The notes: generated by a model from the sequence alone, not told the origin. A stretch of DNA of 64,000 nucleotides from an uncultured Desulfospira sp. (GCA_963663165.1 OY760175.1:3040001-3104000), one strand, 5' to 3'. Shown: positions 49,735 through 59,718, counted from the stretch's first letter. A program made the numbers and translations.

Positions 49735-49764
49735 CTTTGCTCCTCCCCAATTTTCCAGGCCAGG

Positions 49765-50505
49765 CTATTGTTCTTCCATGCGGGCCATAAACTCGCGTTT
49801 GATCTTTTTTAAACCCCTGGTTTTTGTTGTAAAAAAATCAAGCCGGCTTAGGATGTGGTTCTTAAACAAAAAGGAGGCGATATCAAAGACCCGGTTTGCG
49901 ATTCCCGCCCGGATAGCCGCACCGGCAAGGCCAATGCTCTTGTCCATGAGAACCGTGGTGTTGGAAAATCCTTCTGAATCATCTTTGAGCCAGTAACAGA
50001 CCATGCCGATAAAAAAATCCCAGAAAAAGAAGTAAATCATATCCTGGAAGATCTGCTCGGGGATTTCCTCCACTTCAATGGCGGCCTTGAAGATGTCATC
50101 CAGGATTTCAAAAAACTGTTCCTGCACCGGTCTGAAATGTTTAAAATTGGGCGTTAACGGGAAAAAAATGGACTTAAAGCTTTCCTGGATAAATTCCCGG
50201 TCCGGCAAGAACAGGGACAGCATGGTTTCAAAAAAGGCCTGGATCTGCTCTTCAAAGGTGAATTCATTAAACCCATTGATTTTTTTTAATTCCGAAACCC
50301 CGTTTTGAAAGCACCCTTCATAATAAGCAAACAAGATGTTTCGTTTGGCCGGGAAATAATTATAAATGGTGGCGTCCCCCATGCCGGCCCTTTTGGCGAT
50401 TTCCCGCATGGTCGCCGCCTTGTATCCCTTTTCTATGATCACGTCCACAGCCGCCCGGATGGCCTGTTCCCGGTTCTCCTGTTTCTTCTGGCTGGATATT
50501 TTCAT
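49765..50505 (-). CDS. TetR-family transcriptional regulator
   Basis: GYKAATMREIAKRAGMGDATIYNYFPAK HTH. Confidence 0.93.
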   Translation of the reverse strand: MKISSQKKQENREQAIRAAVDVIIEKGYKAATMREIAKRAGMGDATIYNYFPAKRNILFAYYEGCFQNGVSELKKINGFNEFTFEEQIQAFFETMLSLFLPDREFIQESFKSIFFPLTPNFKHFRPVQEQFFEILDDIFKAAIEVEEIPEQIFQDMIYFFFWDFFIGMVCYWLKDDSEGFSNTTVLMDKSIGLAGAAIRAGIANRVFDIASFLFKNHILSRLDFFTTKTRGLKKIKREFMARMEEQ

Positions 50506-50530
50506 TGTCCCCCCCTCTTTTTAAAGATTC

Positions 50531-50572
50531 ACTACATATAAAATGAAACTTTTTATTATTTTAATATATAGT
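50531..50572. promoter_or_regulatory. Imperfect AT-rich palindrome, candidate TetR operator
   Basis: ACTACATATAAAAT...ATTTTAATATATAGT just upstream of the TetR gene. Confidence 0.35.
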
Positions 50573-50740
50573 ATTTTTTTATTAATGCAATGATTTTTTG
50601 CCAGACTGATGTTTCTTCCGAATGGGTTTTAATGTAAAAAAAGGAAACCGGAGGAAGAGAGACGGGAGACCGAAACCGTCAAGTTCCCTGGTTTGAGCGG
50701 TAGGGTTGGAGCGATAGATGTCGGATGCCGGGTTCCCTTG

Positions 50741-50819
50741 GAAATTCCGGGGACCGAAATTCCGCGGGAAATTCCGGGGACACGTAAAATTCCGGGGACA
50801 CGAAAATTCCGGGGACACG
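50741..50819. repeat. Five degenerate tandem copies of AAATTCCGGGGACAC
   Basis: gaaattccggggac / gaaattccgcg / gaaattccggggacacgt / aaaattccggggacacg / aaaattccggggacacg. Confidence 0.85.
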
Positions 50820-50888
50820 AAACAAAAATATTGCTAAGTTGAGTTTAATATAATTGAATTCCAGACTATCATATTACAGGTGGTGGTT

Positions 50889-50915
50889 TAGGGGCAATTC
50901 ATGAACTGCCCCTAC
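50889..50915. repeat. GTAG-family REP-like palindrome
   Basis: TAGGGGCAATTCATGAACTGCCCCTAC (reads GTAGGGGCAG... on the minus strand). Confidence 0.7.
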
Positions 50916-50977
50916 GAGCGCCCCGACAACGCCGAACTATTTCATCAATTGGGGTCTTGCAGCTTCCGGTCTCCCGC

Positions 50978-51208
50978 CTACCCTTCAGCCGTTTCGATTT
51001 CTTCCGGGATCTGCACCCCGTATTCCTTGAAAAAGATCTTATGGGTGACCAGTTCCATCCGGTGGATGTCGGCCTTGACGATCTTTTGGTCGCCGAAAAT
51101 ATTCTGGAGCCGGAATCCACCGTCATCCAGGGGCTCCAGGATATCGACAAACTCCAGCAACAGCTCTTCTTTGCCGTCGATGAGCATATACGCATTGGCT
51201 TCACACAT
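50978..51208 (-). CDS. CooT-family nickel-binding protein
   Basis: MCEANAY N-terminus (Cys2), NIFGDQKIVKA, ELVTHKI. Confidence 0.88.
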   Translation of the reverse strand: MCEANAYMLIDGKEELLLEFVDILEPLDDGGFRLQNIFGDQKIVKADIHRMELVTHKIFFKEYGVQIPEEIETAEG

Positions 51209-51626
51209 ATTGCAATACCTCCTTTAATTTTTCGTCTGCAATAAACATGGCGATATGGGGCAGGGGCTGATCTTCAAAATCAATGAGATGAATGTTTTCC
51301 TGATGAAGGGGCAGCAGGATTTTCACCCCGGGGCTGTCCATTACCGCCGTGGCCATTATAGGGGTAACCTCTCCTAAAATGGCGTTGGGCCAGGTAATGG
51401 AAACCGGCCCGATAATGATATCTGCCCTGGCCACGGCCATCACCAGGGCATTTTCCCCGGAAACGCCTTTCTGTGCCCCGGCCTTGAGCATGGCCGCCGT
51501 GGCAATGGCGTTGGTTCCCACCGCCATCAGGTCAAACCGGTCTTTATGGGCTTGCCGGATATACCGGATCAAGGTGGCGCCGATGCCGCCGCCATGCCCG
51601 TCAATAATGCATATATTTTTTTTCAT
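51201..51626 (-). CDS. DUF3842-family protein
   Basis: IIDGHGGGIG, AVGTNAIATAAMLKAGA, GEVTP motifs. Confidence 0.88.
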   Translation of the reverse strand: MKKNICIIDGHGGGIGATLIRYIRQAHKDRFDLMAVGTNAIATAAMLKAGAQKGVSGENALVMAVARADIIIGPVSITWPNAILGEVTPIMATAVMDSPGVKILLPLHQENIHLIDFEDQPLPHIAMFIADEKLKEVLQYV

Positions 51627-51677
51627 GTGTGTCAGGCCCAGTTCATTTTTCCCTTAGCGGCTTCCCCTGCTTTGGTG

Positions 51678-52265
51678 TTATTTTTTCTTAGAGATGGATT
51701 TGACGCAGTCCAGGCCGCTCGCCTGGACAGTTGGTTCGGGAAGGTGCCGGACAGGCTCTCTGACACGGTTTCCTTCCGGGGGCGCCTGATTTAAGCGCAG
51801 CCGCCAGATTTCCCTGTGAATCTGCCAGACAGCTCTGGTCACAGCCTTCTGAACCAGATTCGACAACCCATACCCCTGGATAATGTGCGGGTCAATCCAA
51901 ATATAAACGAAACGGGGCGGCACATCCTGGGCCATTCCGGCCACGGCCATTCCCATGGTTAACCGGTGGATAACCGGAAATTCATTGGCCATCCACCAGG
52001 CGTTCTGCTCAAAGGTGGCCTGGTCCCAGACATGAAGGGTCCCGGGCATTCCACAGAGGTCAAAAGCGCCGGTGACCACGCAAAGGTCTGATCCCAGAAT
52101 AAAGTCCTGGGCATACCGGGGATCGTTTCCGAGCCAGGCAAAATCCACATCTTCACCGGAAACAGTTTCAGCCATTTTTTCAAGGATAACGCATCCGGCC
52201 CCCAGGTCTCCCTTGAGGACATCCCCGACACCCATGATTATGATTTTTTTATCTTTTGTATCCAT
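51678..52265 (-). CDS. Divergent hydrogenase maturation protease (HybD/HycI)-fold protein
   Basis: IIIMGVGDVLKGDLGAG resembles GxGNxLxxD(D/E)GxG; GLSNLVQKAV C-terminal motif. Confidence 0.65.
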   Translation of the reverse strand: MDTKDKKIIIMGVGDVLKGDLGAGCVILEKMAETVSGEDVDFAWLGNDPRYAQDFILGSDLCVVTGAFDLCGMPGTLHVWDQATFEQNAWWMANEFPVIHRLTMGMAVAGMAQDVPPRFVYIWIDPHIIQGYGLSNLVQKAVTRAVWQIHREIWRLRLNQAPPEGNRVREPVRHLPEPTVQASGLDCVKSISKKK

Positions 52266-52267
52266 TT

Positions 52268-54538
52268 TTAGAACTCAACTTTGTACTGAAGGGAAACCCC
52301 GATACCGGGTTCTTTGAGAACCATGCCCCGGGATGTGGCCAGAAAATTATGATAATCCTCGTCAAACAGGTTGGTGACTTCAGCGGTCAGTTCCTGATCC
52401 AGGCCAAAGGCCTTGAACCGGTAACCCACACTGACATCAAGGGTCTGCCAGCTGTCGGACTCCTCTGTCCCCTGGGGGACCCGGTCCTGGGCATCGGCCC
52501 ATTCATGGGTAATTTGTGCCCGCCAGCCGTTGTTGCCGGAATGGGGTTTGGCCTGATCCCATCCCAGGGTCACCCGGGTATTTAAGGGCGCAATCGTGGC
52601 CAGGGCCTCGCCGGTGGTTTTGTTTTCTCCCCGGGTCCATGCCAGGGACGCGCACATATACCATTGCGGGGCAAACCGCCACTCTCCGGACAGTTCCAGG
52701 CCGTAAATCTTTGCTTTTTCCACATTGACCATTTCATAACGGTCACTGCTGACCTGGGCCTGGGTGATCATGTCATCAATATCATTCCAAAACGCGGCAC
52801 CGGAAACCCGGACCACAGGATTGACATAGTGCAGGCCGGCTTCAAAAAACCTGGACTGTTCGGGGTCCAGATCCGGGTTGCCGTACAAGGCCCCACCGCT
52901 GCTCAGGCTGACATACTTGAACAGGTCCATGAGATCCGGCGGCCGGTAGGAGACCGCTGCAATGCCCGTGGCAGACCAGTTGGGGGCTATCTCCCAGGTC
53001 AGGCCGATCTGGGCCTGCCAGGAGGTATCCGTAGCGGTTTCTGCTTCCCTGACCCGGATCATACTCATGGCAGACGATGGCGGCGATATCCAGTTGTACA
53101 GATCATCGCTTTTAACCCGGGTAGTGTCCAGGCGGCCACCCATATTTAAATTCAGGGTATCGCTGATATCCCAGTTGTCTTCGGCAAAAATACCGGCCAC
53201 GGTCTGGGAAACATTGCCCACACTGGAATCAACACCCACAAGGCCGTTTCTAAAGTACTTGGTCCGCTCGGTATTATCAATGGTCCACTCCCAGACCTCT
53301 AAGCCCACCACCGGCGTGTGGGCACCCAGGGTCAAATGATTGGTCCAGTTAAGCCCCAATGTGGTATGGTCTGCGCCAGGTTCGTTGGCTGTAAGCGCCA
53401 TGGTCGCCGGAAAATTGTCGATTCTGACGTTCCGGTCCACTTCCTGGAAAAAAAGCCGCATGCTGGACTTGTCCAGTACCCCGGACTCAGGCGACAGGGT
53501 ATGGGTGACGGTCCCCATAACCCTTTTAGTCGACGGATAAGTAACATCCGTTGCCGTGGGAAGCGTGGCGTCGCCCGTTCCCGGAATTCCGATATTTTTT
53601 CCTTCCGTGACCTGGATGTTGGCCTGGGTCTCGTTTTGTTTATTCCATAAATACCCGCTGCCGAACCGGCCGTATACATCCCTGAACTGGCTGTTATGAA
53701 TATCGGTCCGGTCAGCACTTTGGGTATCATTATAATCCCTGTATCCGGCGGATCCCAGGAACCAGGCATTGGGCCCCTGGTGAATGATCCGGCCAAAAGC
53801 GCTGTACCCTTCCGGGTTGGACAAGGTGCGTACCCATATTGTCTCCCTGGTCTCCGGGATCTTCCTATACCCCCCCTTTCGGGTAATCACGTTGACCACC
53901 CCACCCATTGCACCCCATCCGTAAAGGGCTGAAATCGGTCCCTTCAGAACCTCTATCCGCTCAATGTCCTGAGGATTGACCAGCCCGAACCGGGCATTGA
54001 TGTCCGTGGCCGTATTTACCCGGCATCCGTCAATTAAAAATAAAACACTGTTCCGGTCCAGTCCCCTGATGTTGATCTCCGATCCCCATGGAGAGTCCAT
54101 GGTTTTCTCCACTCCGGGAATCTGCCGGGTGATATCGGTCAGGCTGATGGGCGGATGCCGGTCAATGTCTTCAGCCGTTATCATGCCAATGCCCCCGGGG
54201 GTTTGGGAAATCGTTCTTGGCATGCCCCTGGCCGTGACTACCACAGGGTCAAGATCGGTGACCGCTGCCATGGGCTGTGATTCGCCGGCCGGCACTGTGG
54301 TATCTTTCTGCTGCGCTTCATCAAGATCAGATCCGGCCGCAGACGGGGCCACAGAAACACCTTTTTCTAAAGCAGCCGGATCGGTTATGCCCCCTGCCAG
54401 GGCATGGTTCCAAAACAGGAGGTTAAAAAGGATCATACCGTTCAAAATCCAAAGCGGGATAAATAAATAATGCGTTAGGCTAGAACAGATGGCAGGGGGC
54501 ATAACGACGGTTCCTTTTGAGCTGAAATATCCGGACAA
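52268..54538 (-). CDS. TonB-dependent outer-membrane receptor (start codon uncertain)
   Basis: VVVTAR TonB-box region, INIRGLD, IERIEVLKGPISALYG..GGVVNVIT plug, NPDLDPE, NLFDEDY, terminal Phe. Confidence 0.95.
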   Translation of the reverse strand: MSGYFSSKGTVVMPPAICSSLTHYLFIPLWILNGMILFNLLFWNHALAGGITDPAALEKGVSVAPSAAGSDLDEAQQKDTTVPAGESQPMAAVTDLDPVVVTARGMPRTISQTPGGIGMITAEDIDRHPPISLTDITRQIPGVEKTMDSPWGSEINIRGLDRNSVLFLIDGCRVNTATDINARFGLVNPQDIERIEVLKGPISALYGWGAMGGVVNVITRKGGYRKIPETRETIWVRTLSNPEGYSAFGRIIHQGPNAWFLGSAGYRDYNDTQSADRTDIHNSQFRDVYGRFGSGYLWNKQNETQANIQVTEGKNIGIPGTGDATLPTATDVTYPSTKRVMGTVTHTLSPESGVLDKSSMRLFFQEVDRNVRIDNFPATMALTANEPGADHTTLGLNWTNHLTLGAHTPVVGLEVWEWTIDNTERTKYFRNGLVGVDSSVGNVSQTVAGIFAEDNWDISDTLNLNMGGRLDTTRVKSDDLYNWISPPSSAMSMIRVREAETATDTSWQAQIGLTWEIAPNWSATGIAAVSYRPPDLMDLFKYVSLSSGGALYGNPDLDPEQSRFFEAGLHYVNPVVRVSGAAFWNDIDDMITQAQVSSDRYEMVNVEKAKIYGLELSGEWRFAPQWYMCASLAWTRGENKTTGEALATIAPLNTRVTLGWDQAKPHSGNNGWRAQITHEWADAQDRVPQGTEESDSWQTLDVSVGYRFKAFGLDQELTAEVTNLFDEDYHNFLATSRGMVLKEPGIGVSLQYKVEF

Positions 54539-54579
54539 ATGCCCATGCAGCCGGAACCCCCCGGCGGCATGGGCGATCC

Positions 54580-54921
54580 CTACAGGTTCAGTTGAAACCC
54601 CTTATCTTTTAAAGCGGCCACCTGGGTGCTCCGGTCTATGTAATGGGTATGCAGCAGATGATGGGACATGTGGCCGCAGGGACCGTCATGCAAAAAACCG
54701 TCTTTGGCGCCATACAATTTTAGCACCATGGGATTGTCCTGGGATTTACGGATCTTATAAATTTTTGCATCGGCATTATAAACCGATTTTTGCCGGGCAC
54801 CGACAAAGTCATTTTCAGCGGCGCCGGCCAGACGGATGACCGGGGCGCCTAAAGCCGCATATCCGGCGGTAACACCGGCGGCCATGAGAAATCCTCTTCT
54901 GGAAATGGACACTTTTTTCAT
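54580..54921 (-). CDS. hydB: Periplasmic [FeFe] hydrogenase small subunit with Tat signal
   Basis: SRRGFL twin-arginine signal; RKSQDNP..LY and HHLLHTHY motifs; ATGA overlap with hydA. Confidence 0.93.
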   Translation of the reverse strand: MKKVSISRRGFLMAAGVTAGYAALGAPVIRLAGAAENDFVGARQKSVYNADAKIYKIRKSQDNPMVLKLYGAKDGFLHDGPCGHMSHHLLHTHYIDRSTQVAALKDKGFQLNL

Positions 54922-56198
54922 ATCAACCCTCCTTTTGAAGCCACGCGGTCTTTCGTAACGTTCATCTCACGGTTCATGGCCATCCTGACCTTGCGGGAAA
55001 GACTGGCCGAACGGACATCCGGATCAAGGGGCTGGCCCCCGCCGTTGACGCACCCGCCCGGGCAGCTCATGATTTCAATAAAATGATAGTCCGCCTTTTT
55101 GGCCCGGACCTCTTCACAGAGTTTGGCGGCATTGGAAAGGCCGCTGGCAACCGCCACCTTGACTTTTCCAAATCCCGGCACATCAATTTCTTTGGTATTA
55201 ATACCCTGGCGGGTCCGCACCGGGGTGATATCCGGATCTTGAAGGGTTTTGCCGGACAGTTTTTCATAGGCCAGTCTTAACGCCGCTTCCATGACACCGC
55301 CGCTGTTGCCGAAAATGGTGGCCGCCCCGGTGGACTGCCCTAAAACCGGGTCCGGGTCACGGTCCGGCAGCGAGGCAAAATCAACCCCTGAGCGTTTGAT
55401 CATATAGGCCAGCTCCCGGGTGGTGATGGTAGCGTCAATGTCCCTGAACCCTGAATCGGCCAGTTCCGGACGAAGCCCTTCATATTTTTTGGCAATACAG
55501 GGCATGATGGATACGGTGTAAATTTTTTCCGCCTTTTTATGGGTCTCATGGGCGCCATAGGTTTTGGCCAAGGGGCCAAGCATACCGATGGGGGATTTAC
55601 AGGTGGACACATGGGGCAGCAGGTCCGGATAAAAGGACTCCACAAATTTCACCCAGCCGGGACAGCAGGAGGTAAACTGGGGAAGGGGTTTGTCCTTTTC
55701 AGGTTTGGAGATCCGCTGGAGCAGCTCTGTCCCCTCTTCCATGATGGTCACGTCAGCGGTGAACTCATTGTCCCAGACATAATCAAACCCAAGGGCCTTG
55801 AGGGCGGAATGCATCTTGCCGCCGGCATAGGTTCCCACCGGCTGCCCAAAACATTCGGCAAGCCCGTAGCGGACAGCCGGGGCCGGCATAGACACGACAA
55901 TGGTGTCCGGGTCTTTGAGCTTGTTAAAAATTTCATTGACATAACTGACCCCTTCGTAAATGGCGCCGGCCGGGCAGTTTACCAGGCACTGTCCGCAGTT
56001 CATGCAGGCAGCCGGGTTGATTACCTGATGAATGCCTTCATCATTAATGGCCTGGATGGCCCCTGTAGCGCAATGTTCTTCGCACTCGGAGCAGGCAATG
56101 CATTTGGTGGCATCCACCTGGACAAAGAAAATCGTGTCCGGATCCGTACCTGCCGGGGGTGCATTGTCGGCGTACATAACATTTTCCATTTCCTGCAT
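54918..56198 (-). CDS. hydA: [FeFe] hydrogenase large subunit (group A, two [4Fe-4S] F-clusters)
   Basis: [11 protein letters not shown] and [13 protein letters not shown]-cluster motifs [40 protein letters not shown]. Confidence 0.96.
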   Translation of the reverse strand: MQEMENVMYADNAPPAGTDPDTIFFVQVDATKCIACSECEEHCATGAIQAINDEGIHQVINPAACMNCGQCLVNCPAGAIYEGVSYVNEIFNKLKDPDTIVVSMPAPAVRYGLAECFGQPVGTYAGGKMHSALKALGFDYVWDNEFTADVTIMEEGTELLQRISKPEKDKPLPQFTSCCPGWVKFVESFYPDLLPHVSTCKSPIGMLGPLAKTYGAHETHKKAEKIYTVSIMPCIAKKYEGLRPELADSGFRDIDATITTRELAYMIKRSGVDFASLPDRDPDPVLGQSTGAATIFGNSGGVMEAALRLAYEKLSGKTLQDPDITPVRTRQGINTKEIDVPGFGKVKVAVASGLSNAAKLCEEVRAKKADYHFIEIMSCPGGCVNGGGQPLDPDVRSASLSRKVRMAMNREMNVTKDRVASKGGLI

Positions 56199-56223
56199 AG
56201 ACGATTCCTCCTTAATGTTGGAA

Positions 56224-56290
56224 AGCTTTTGGCGGTTAGCTGTTAGCTGTTAGCAATTAGCGGTTAGCGGTTAGCGGTGGCCTTTAAGCT
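56224..56290 (-). repeat. Heptamer tandem repeat (NGCTAAN) just upstream of the hydA RBS
   Basis: Plus strand gttagct gttagct gttagca attagcg gttagcg gttagcg with degenerate flanks. Confidence 0.85.
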
Positions 56291-56383
56291 TAGTTTGCGG
56301 CGGTTCCCGGATTCAAGTTCCAAGACCGCCTGATTTGATGCCTTTTAAGGTATGGCCATTGTCAAACATTTATTGGCGGATTA

Positions 56384-57172
56384 TCAGGCCGCCATTTTGG
56401 GGGCCAGCGGACGGAATATCCCTTCCATAACCCCGTGGATCCGTTCGGCTTCATCCTCAGAACCGACAAACCCGGCCCAGCAGTCCCAGGCCTGATTTTC
56501 CTTGCCTAATCCGGCATGCTCAATCCGTGCAAACAGATCGGTCTGCTCGTGTTCAAAAATACAATCAAACATGACCACCAGGCGGACCAGGCGGCTTTCA
56601 TCAAATTTCCCGCCCTGGTCCTGATAGGCTTTAAACAGCGTGTCCCTGACCAGGGGGTAAATATAGATTCTGAAAACCTGGAGGCGTTTGGGCAGCCTGG
56701 CCATGACCCAGTCATGATTAATGGTGGACAGCCGGCTGTACAGCCGGTCTTTTTGCTCTTTGACAGATGCTTTAATCTTGTTTTTCAAATCCTGGGCAAA
56801 AGTACTTCCCTCTTTTGGCAGATAGGCTTCACGCCACTGGGAAAGCTCCTGTTCAAGGGCATCAATAAATGTCTTGTCGGGTATGCGGTCTTTAATTTGG
56901 GGGGTATCAAGCTCAAGACGATCATCTAAATCCAGCACTTTTATCTTGAGGCCGAAATCCCAGATCTGCCCGTTGTCGTCCCGGGTCTGATCCTTCTCAA
57001 GCCAGGCGCATTGAACCTTGGTGTTGCCATGTTCATCAGCCAGCACCCTGAGGCCAAAGGGGGTGCAGACCCCGGGGCGAACTTTAAATAATCCCCTGGG
57101 GTGAAGATCAAAGACACTGGGGACCTGGTATTTGGGTTGATAAATAACGAAAAAACCTTGTGGAATCATCAT
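56384..57172 (-). CDS. Hypothetical protein upstream of hydA (start uncertain, 57172-57217)
   Basis: Long open frame with globular-protein composition, co-oriented with the cluster; no family recognised. Confidence 0.65.
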   Translation of the reverse strand: MMIPQGFFVIYQPKYQVPSVFDLHPRGLFKVRPGVCTPFGLRVLADEHGNTKVQCAWLEKDQTRDDNGQIWDFGLKIKVLDLDDRLELDTPQIKDRIPDKTFIDALEQELSQWREAYLPKEGSTFAQDLKNKIKASVKEQKDRLYSRLSTINHDWVMARLPKRLQVFRIYIYPLVRDTLFKAYQDQGGKFDESRLVRLVVMFDCIFEHEQTDLFARIEHAGLGKENQAWDCWAGFVGSEDEAERIHGVMEGIFRPLAPKMAA

Positions 57173-57488
57173 AACAAAACAAACCTTTCCCTGATGTGTG
57201 CGCAAATGTCCGGCCAAAGAACGCAGCCTGTCTGCGTTGCTTTAGGTGCCGAATCTGTTGCGACCATGATTTCAGGACCAATTCAGGCTTATGATAAAGA
57301 CGCCTCTGTCATGATTGACACTTTCAAACCATGATGGTAAGGAAGGAAAGCACCTGCACGCCGACAATGGCAATGCAGGCGCCTGCCCAAAAGGGGAGAC
57401 CGTACTGCTTCTTGACCGGATCGCTTTACGGCCTTCCCTTATCTTTTTTATCTCAACCTGTACAATTTTACATAAACGTTCATCCCTG

Positions 57489-57578
57489 TAACGGCCACAG
57501 GCCGCCCTGGTTAACCAACCAAGAACCGCCCACAACAAATAATGAAAGTCTTTTCAAGATGTTAGTGAGACTTTCATA
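57489..57578. repeat. Fifth, dispersed copy of the ~90-nt two-hairpin repeat
   Basis: TAACGGCCACAGGCCGCCCTGGTTAACCAACCAAGAACCGCCCACAACAAATAATGAAAGTCT..TTAGTGAGACTTTCAT. Confidence 0.9.
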
Positions 57579-57579
57579 T

Positions 57580-57631
57580 AAAAAAATAAAAAAAGCCAAG
57601 AATTCCCATAATCATCAGGCCTTCTTGGCTT
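57580..57631 (-). terminator. Rho-independent terminator-like hairpin
   Basis: AAGCCAAGAA..TTCTTGGCTT stem followed by a long T-run on the minus strand. Confidence 0.65.
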
Positions 57632-57664
57632 ATCTACAATCAAATTAACTATAGTTTAGTACAG

Positions 57665-57726
57665 TGCGATTTCGATCACACCCGTTTTGGATAAAAACCA
57701 TACTCCAGGGCGCATTTGCTTGTCAA
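57665..57726 (-). promoter_or_regulatory. Candidate sigma-70 promoter with a downstream CRP/FNR-family-type palindrome
   Basis: TTGACA (57726-57721)-N18-TATGGT; TGTGA-N6-TCGCA at 57680-57665. Confidence 0.5.
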
Positions 57727-57758
57727 GGCCAAACTTGGGCCTTCACCGTAAATTTCCA

Positions 57759-58838
57759 TCATTCTTTTCTAGATATAATCAAACGCATAGGATTGAAACA
57801 CCATGGGGACATGTCAATAGTTTTCTGATATACAAATCCGGCCTGCTCCAAAATAAGGGATAAACCGGAATTGGTTCGATGAGACCTTGGGCCGCGCCCT
57901 GCCAGGCTGTTTTTCAAATCCCACAAGGTAAGTTCCAAAGGCCCCTTTTCATCATCATCAAGGGTGAAGGTGAGCCGGATAAACAAGCCGCCCTTTTTCA
58001 TGGCGGCGGCTATTTTCTGAAAAAGTGTCTGGCACCTTTGATCATTGCCCCCAAAAGAACAGGCTTCAAATACCATATCATAATCATTTCCTATATCATC
58101 GGTCATGTAATCGCCACCTAAAGCACAAACACGGCCTTCCATGTTGTATTGCCGGATATACTTCTCAGTGGTCGGCACCACTTCAGGCCTGTCGAAAATA
58201 ACCACTTCAAGATTTGGGTTTTCCTGTGCCAGGGCAATCCCGAACAGACCGTGGCCGCCACCTAGATCCACCAGTTTTTTGGCGTTTTTAAATTCCGGGA
58301 GTGCTGTTATCTGGCCGACAGTGCCTTGCAGCCGGCCCAATAAGCTGTACCTGGCGATCCAGTCCATGGCGTCCTCATTAAACCGGTGTTCATGCTTTTT
58401 TGAATCGTCCCCTTGAGGACCTTCTATAAGGATCTGTTTTAAGCGCAGCAAAGTATCCATGGATTTGTCATCAGGCTTAAGATACCGCCCGAAATAGGGG
58501 GAAGAACGAATCAGGAATGGAGCGGTTTCAGGATTATTGTAATATGTTTCATCCTCTTTTTTCAACAGTTCCATGGCCGAAAGAACATTTAACAGATTCC
58601 GGGTCAGCGCGGCATCTGTCCCTGACTCAGCAGAAAGCTCATCAGCGGTTTGTGGTTTTTCAAGTTGGCTGAAGACATCCAGATCCAATGCCGTCATGAA
58701 CACCTGGCCGATTTCAAATCCACTGACCAGAGATCTTAAATATTCAAGTTTATTTACTACAGGGGGTTTGGTTGTTGACAATCTGTCCTGTTCTGTTTCT
58801 TCATATATTGTCTGTGTATTTTCTGGGTTGCTTGTCAT
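57759..58838 (-). CDS. SAM-dependent O-methyltransferase (Methyltransf_2 with N-terminal dimerisation HTH)
   Basis: ALDLDVFSQL..TADELS dimerisation domain; LVDLGGGHG; FDRPEV; GGDY. Confidence 0.88.
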   Translation of the reverse strand: MTSNPENTQTIYEETEQDRLSTTKPPVVNKLEYLRSLVSGFEIGQVFMTALDLDVFSQLEKPQTADELSAESGTDAALTRNLLNVLSAMELLKKEDETYYNNPETAPFLIRSSPYFGRYLKPDDKSMDTLLRLKQILIEGPQGDDSKKHEHRFNEDAMDWIARYSLLGRLQGTVGQITALPEFKNAKKLVDLGGGHGLFGIALAQENPNLEVVIFDRPEVVPTTEKYIRQYNMEGRVCALGGDYMTDDIGNDYDMVFEACSFGGNDQRCQTLFQKIAAAMKKGGLFIRLTFTLDDDEKGPLELTLWDLKNSLAGRGPRSHRTNSGLSLILEQAGFVYQKTIDMSPWCFNPMRLIISRKE

Positions 58839-58938
58839 TTTCTTTCCTTTATTGGTGGACTGGTTATCGGGGTTAACCGCCAATTTTGCAACTTCACCTT
58901 TGAATTTAAAATCAAACCGGAAACACCCCTGATGGCCT

Positions 58939-59718
58939 TTATTGTTTCCACTGAAAATCGGTCGCAACAGGCGCGACTAATGCCCGTCCCCGATACGGAA
59001 CACATTCAAGCGGCATATCATAGACCTGTCGCAACACCTGCTCGTCCCAGGGGTTTTGACCACCATCTATCTCATAGGCATGGCCTTGCCTTAAAAACAC
59101 AAAAGTATCCCCAAAAACAAAGGCCGCATTGGGATCATGCAAAACAGCCACAACACCGATTCCGGATTCAGCCAATTCCTTTAACAGGTTCATGACCTTG
59201 GCCTGATTGCATAAATCCAGATGCGTTGTCGGCTCATCCAGCAGAATCCTTTTGGGCTCCTGGGATAAAATTCTCGCAATCCTTACCAGTTGCTGTTCCC
59301 CTCCGGACAGCTCAGTAAACGGGCGTTTTCTCATATTAAGCGTTCCGGTTCTTTCCATTGCCTGCAAAACCGCATGGCGATCCCGTTTACCCGGCCAGAA
59401 GGCAACCCGGGAAGCCCTGCCAGTCATGATAAAATCCTCTACTGAAAACGAAAACACCATCCTGAAATGCTGGGGAAGGAAACCGATCATCCTTGCACGC
59501 TCCGCAAGGGGAAGCCGTTTAAGCTCATGCCCGTCGATGCTGACTTTTCCTTCTTTATACGGCAGGATACCGGTGAGAATCTTCAGCAGGGTTGATTTGC
59601 CGCTTCCATTTTTCCCCAACAGGACAACAAACCGGCCATCGGGAATGGCAAGGGAAACGTGCTGCAATACGTTGGTTTGCCCGTAACCAAAGGAGATATT
59701 TTCCAAATGGATGCTCAT
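58939..59718 (-). CDS. ABC transporter ATP-binding subunit (iron-chelate/cobalamin type)
   Basis: GKNGSGKST, LSGGEQQ, LLDEPTTHLD, VLHD. Confidence 0.95.
   Translation of the reverse strand: MSIHLENISFGYGQTNVLQHVSLAIPDGRFVVLLGKNGSGKSTLLKILTGILPYKEGKVSIDGHELKRLPLAERARMIGFLPQHFRMVFSFSVEDFIMTGRASRVAFWPGKRDRHAVLQAMERTGTLNMRKRPFTELSGGEQQLVRIARILSQEPKRILLDEPTTHLDLCNQAKVMNLLKELAESGIGVVAVLHDPNAAFVFGDTFVFLRQGHAYEIDGGQNPWDEQVLRQVYDMPLECVPYRGRALVAPVATDFQWKQ

Noticed and set aside
50741..50819. Possible mini-CRISPR
   Set aside because: 15-17-nt units with 0-3-nt gaps and no spacers
56200..57760. Search for a NikR or Fur operator upstream of hydA to support metal regulation
   Set aside because: No convincing match found by eye, so the Ni-regulation hypothesis rests on gene content only
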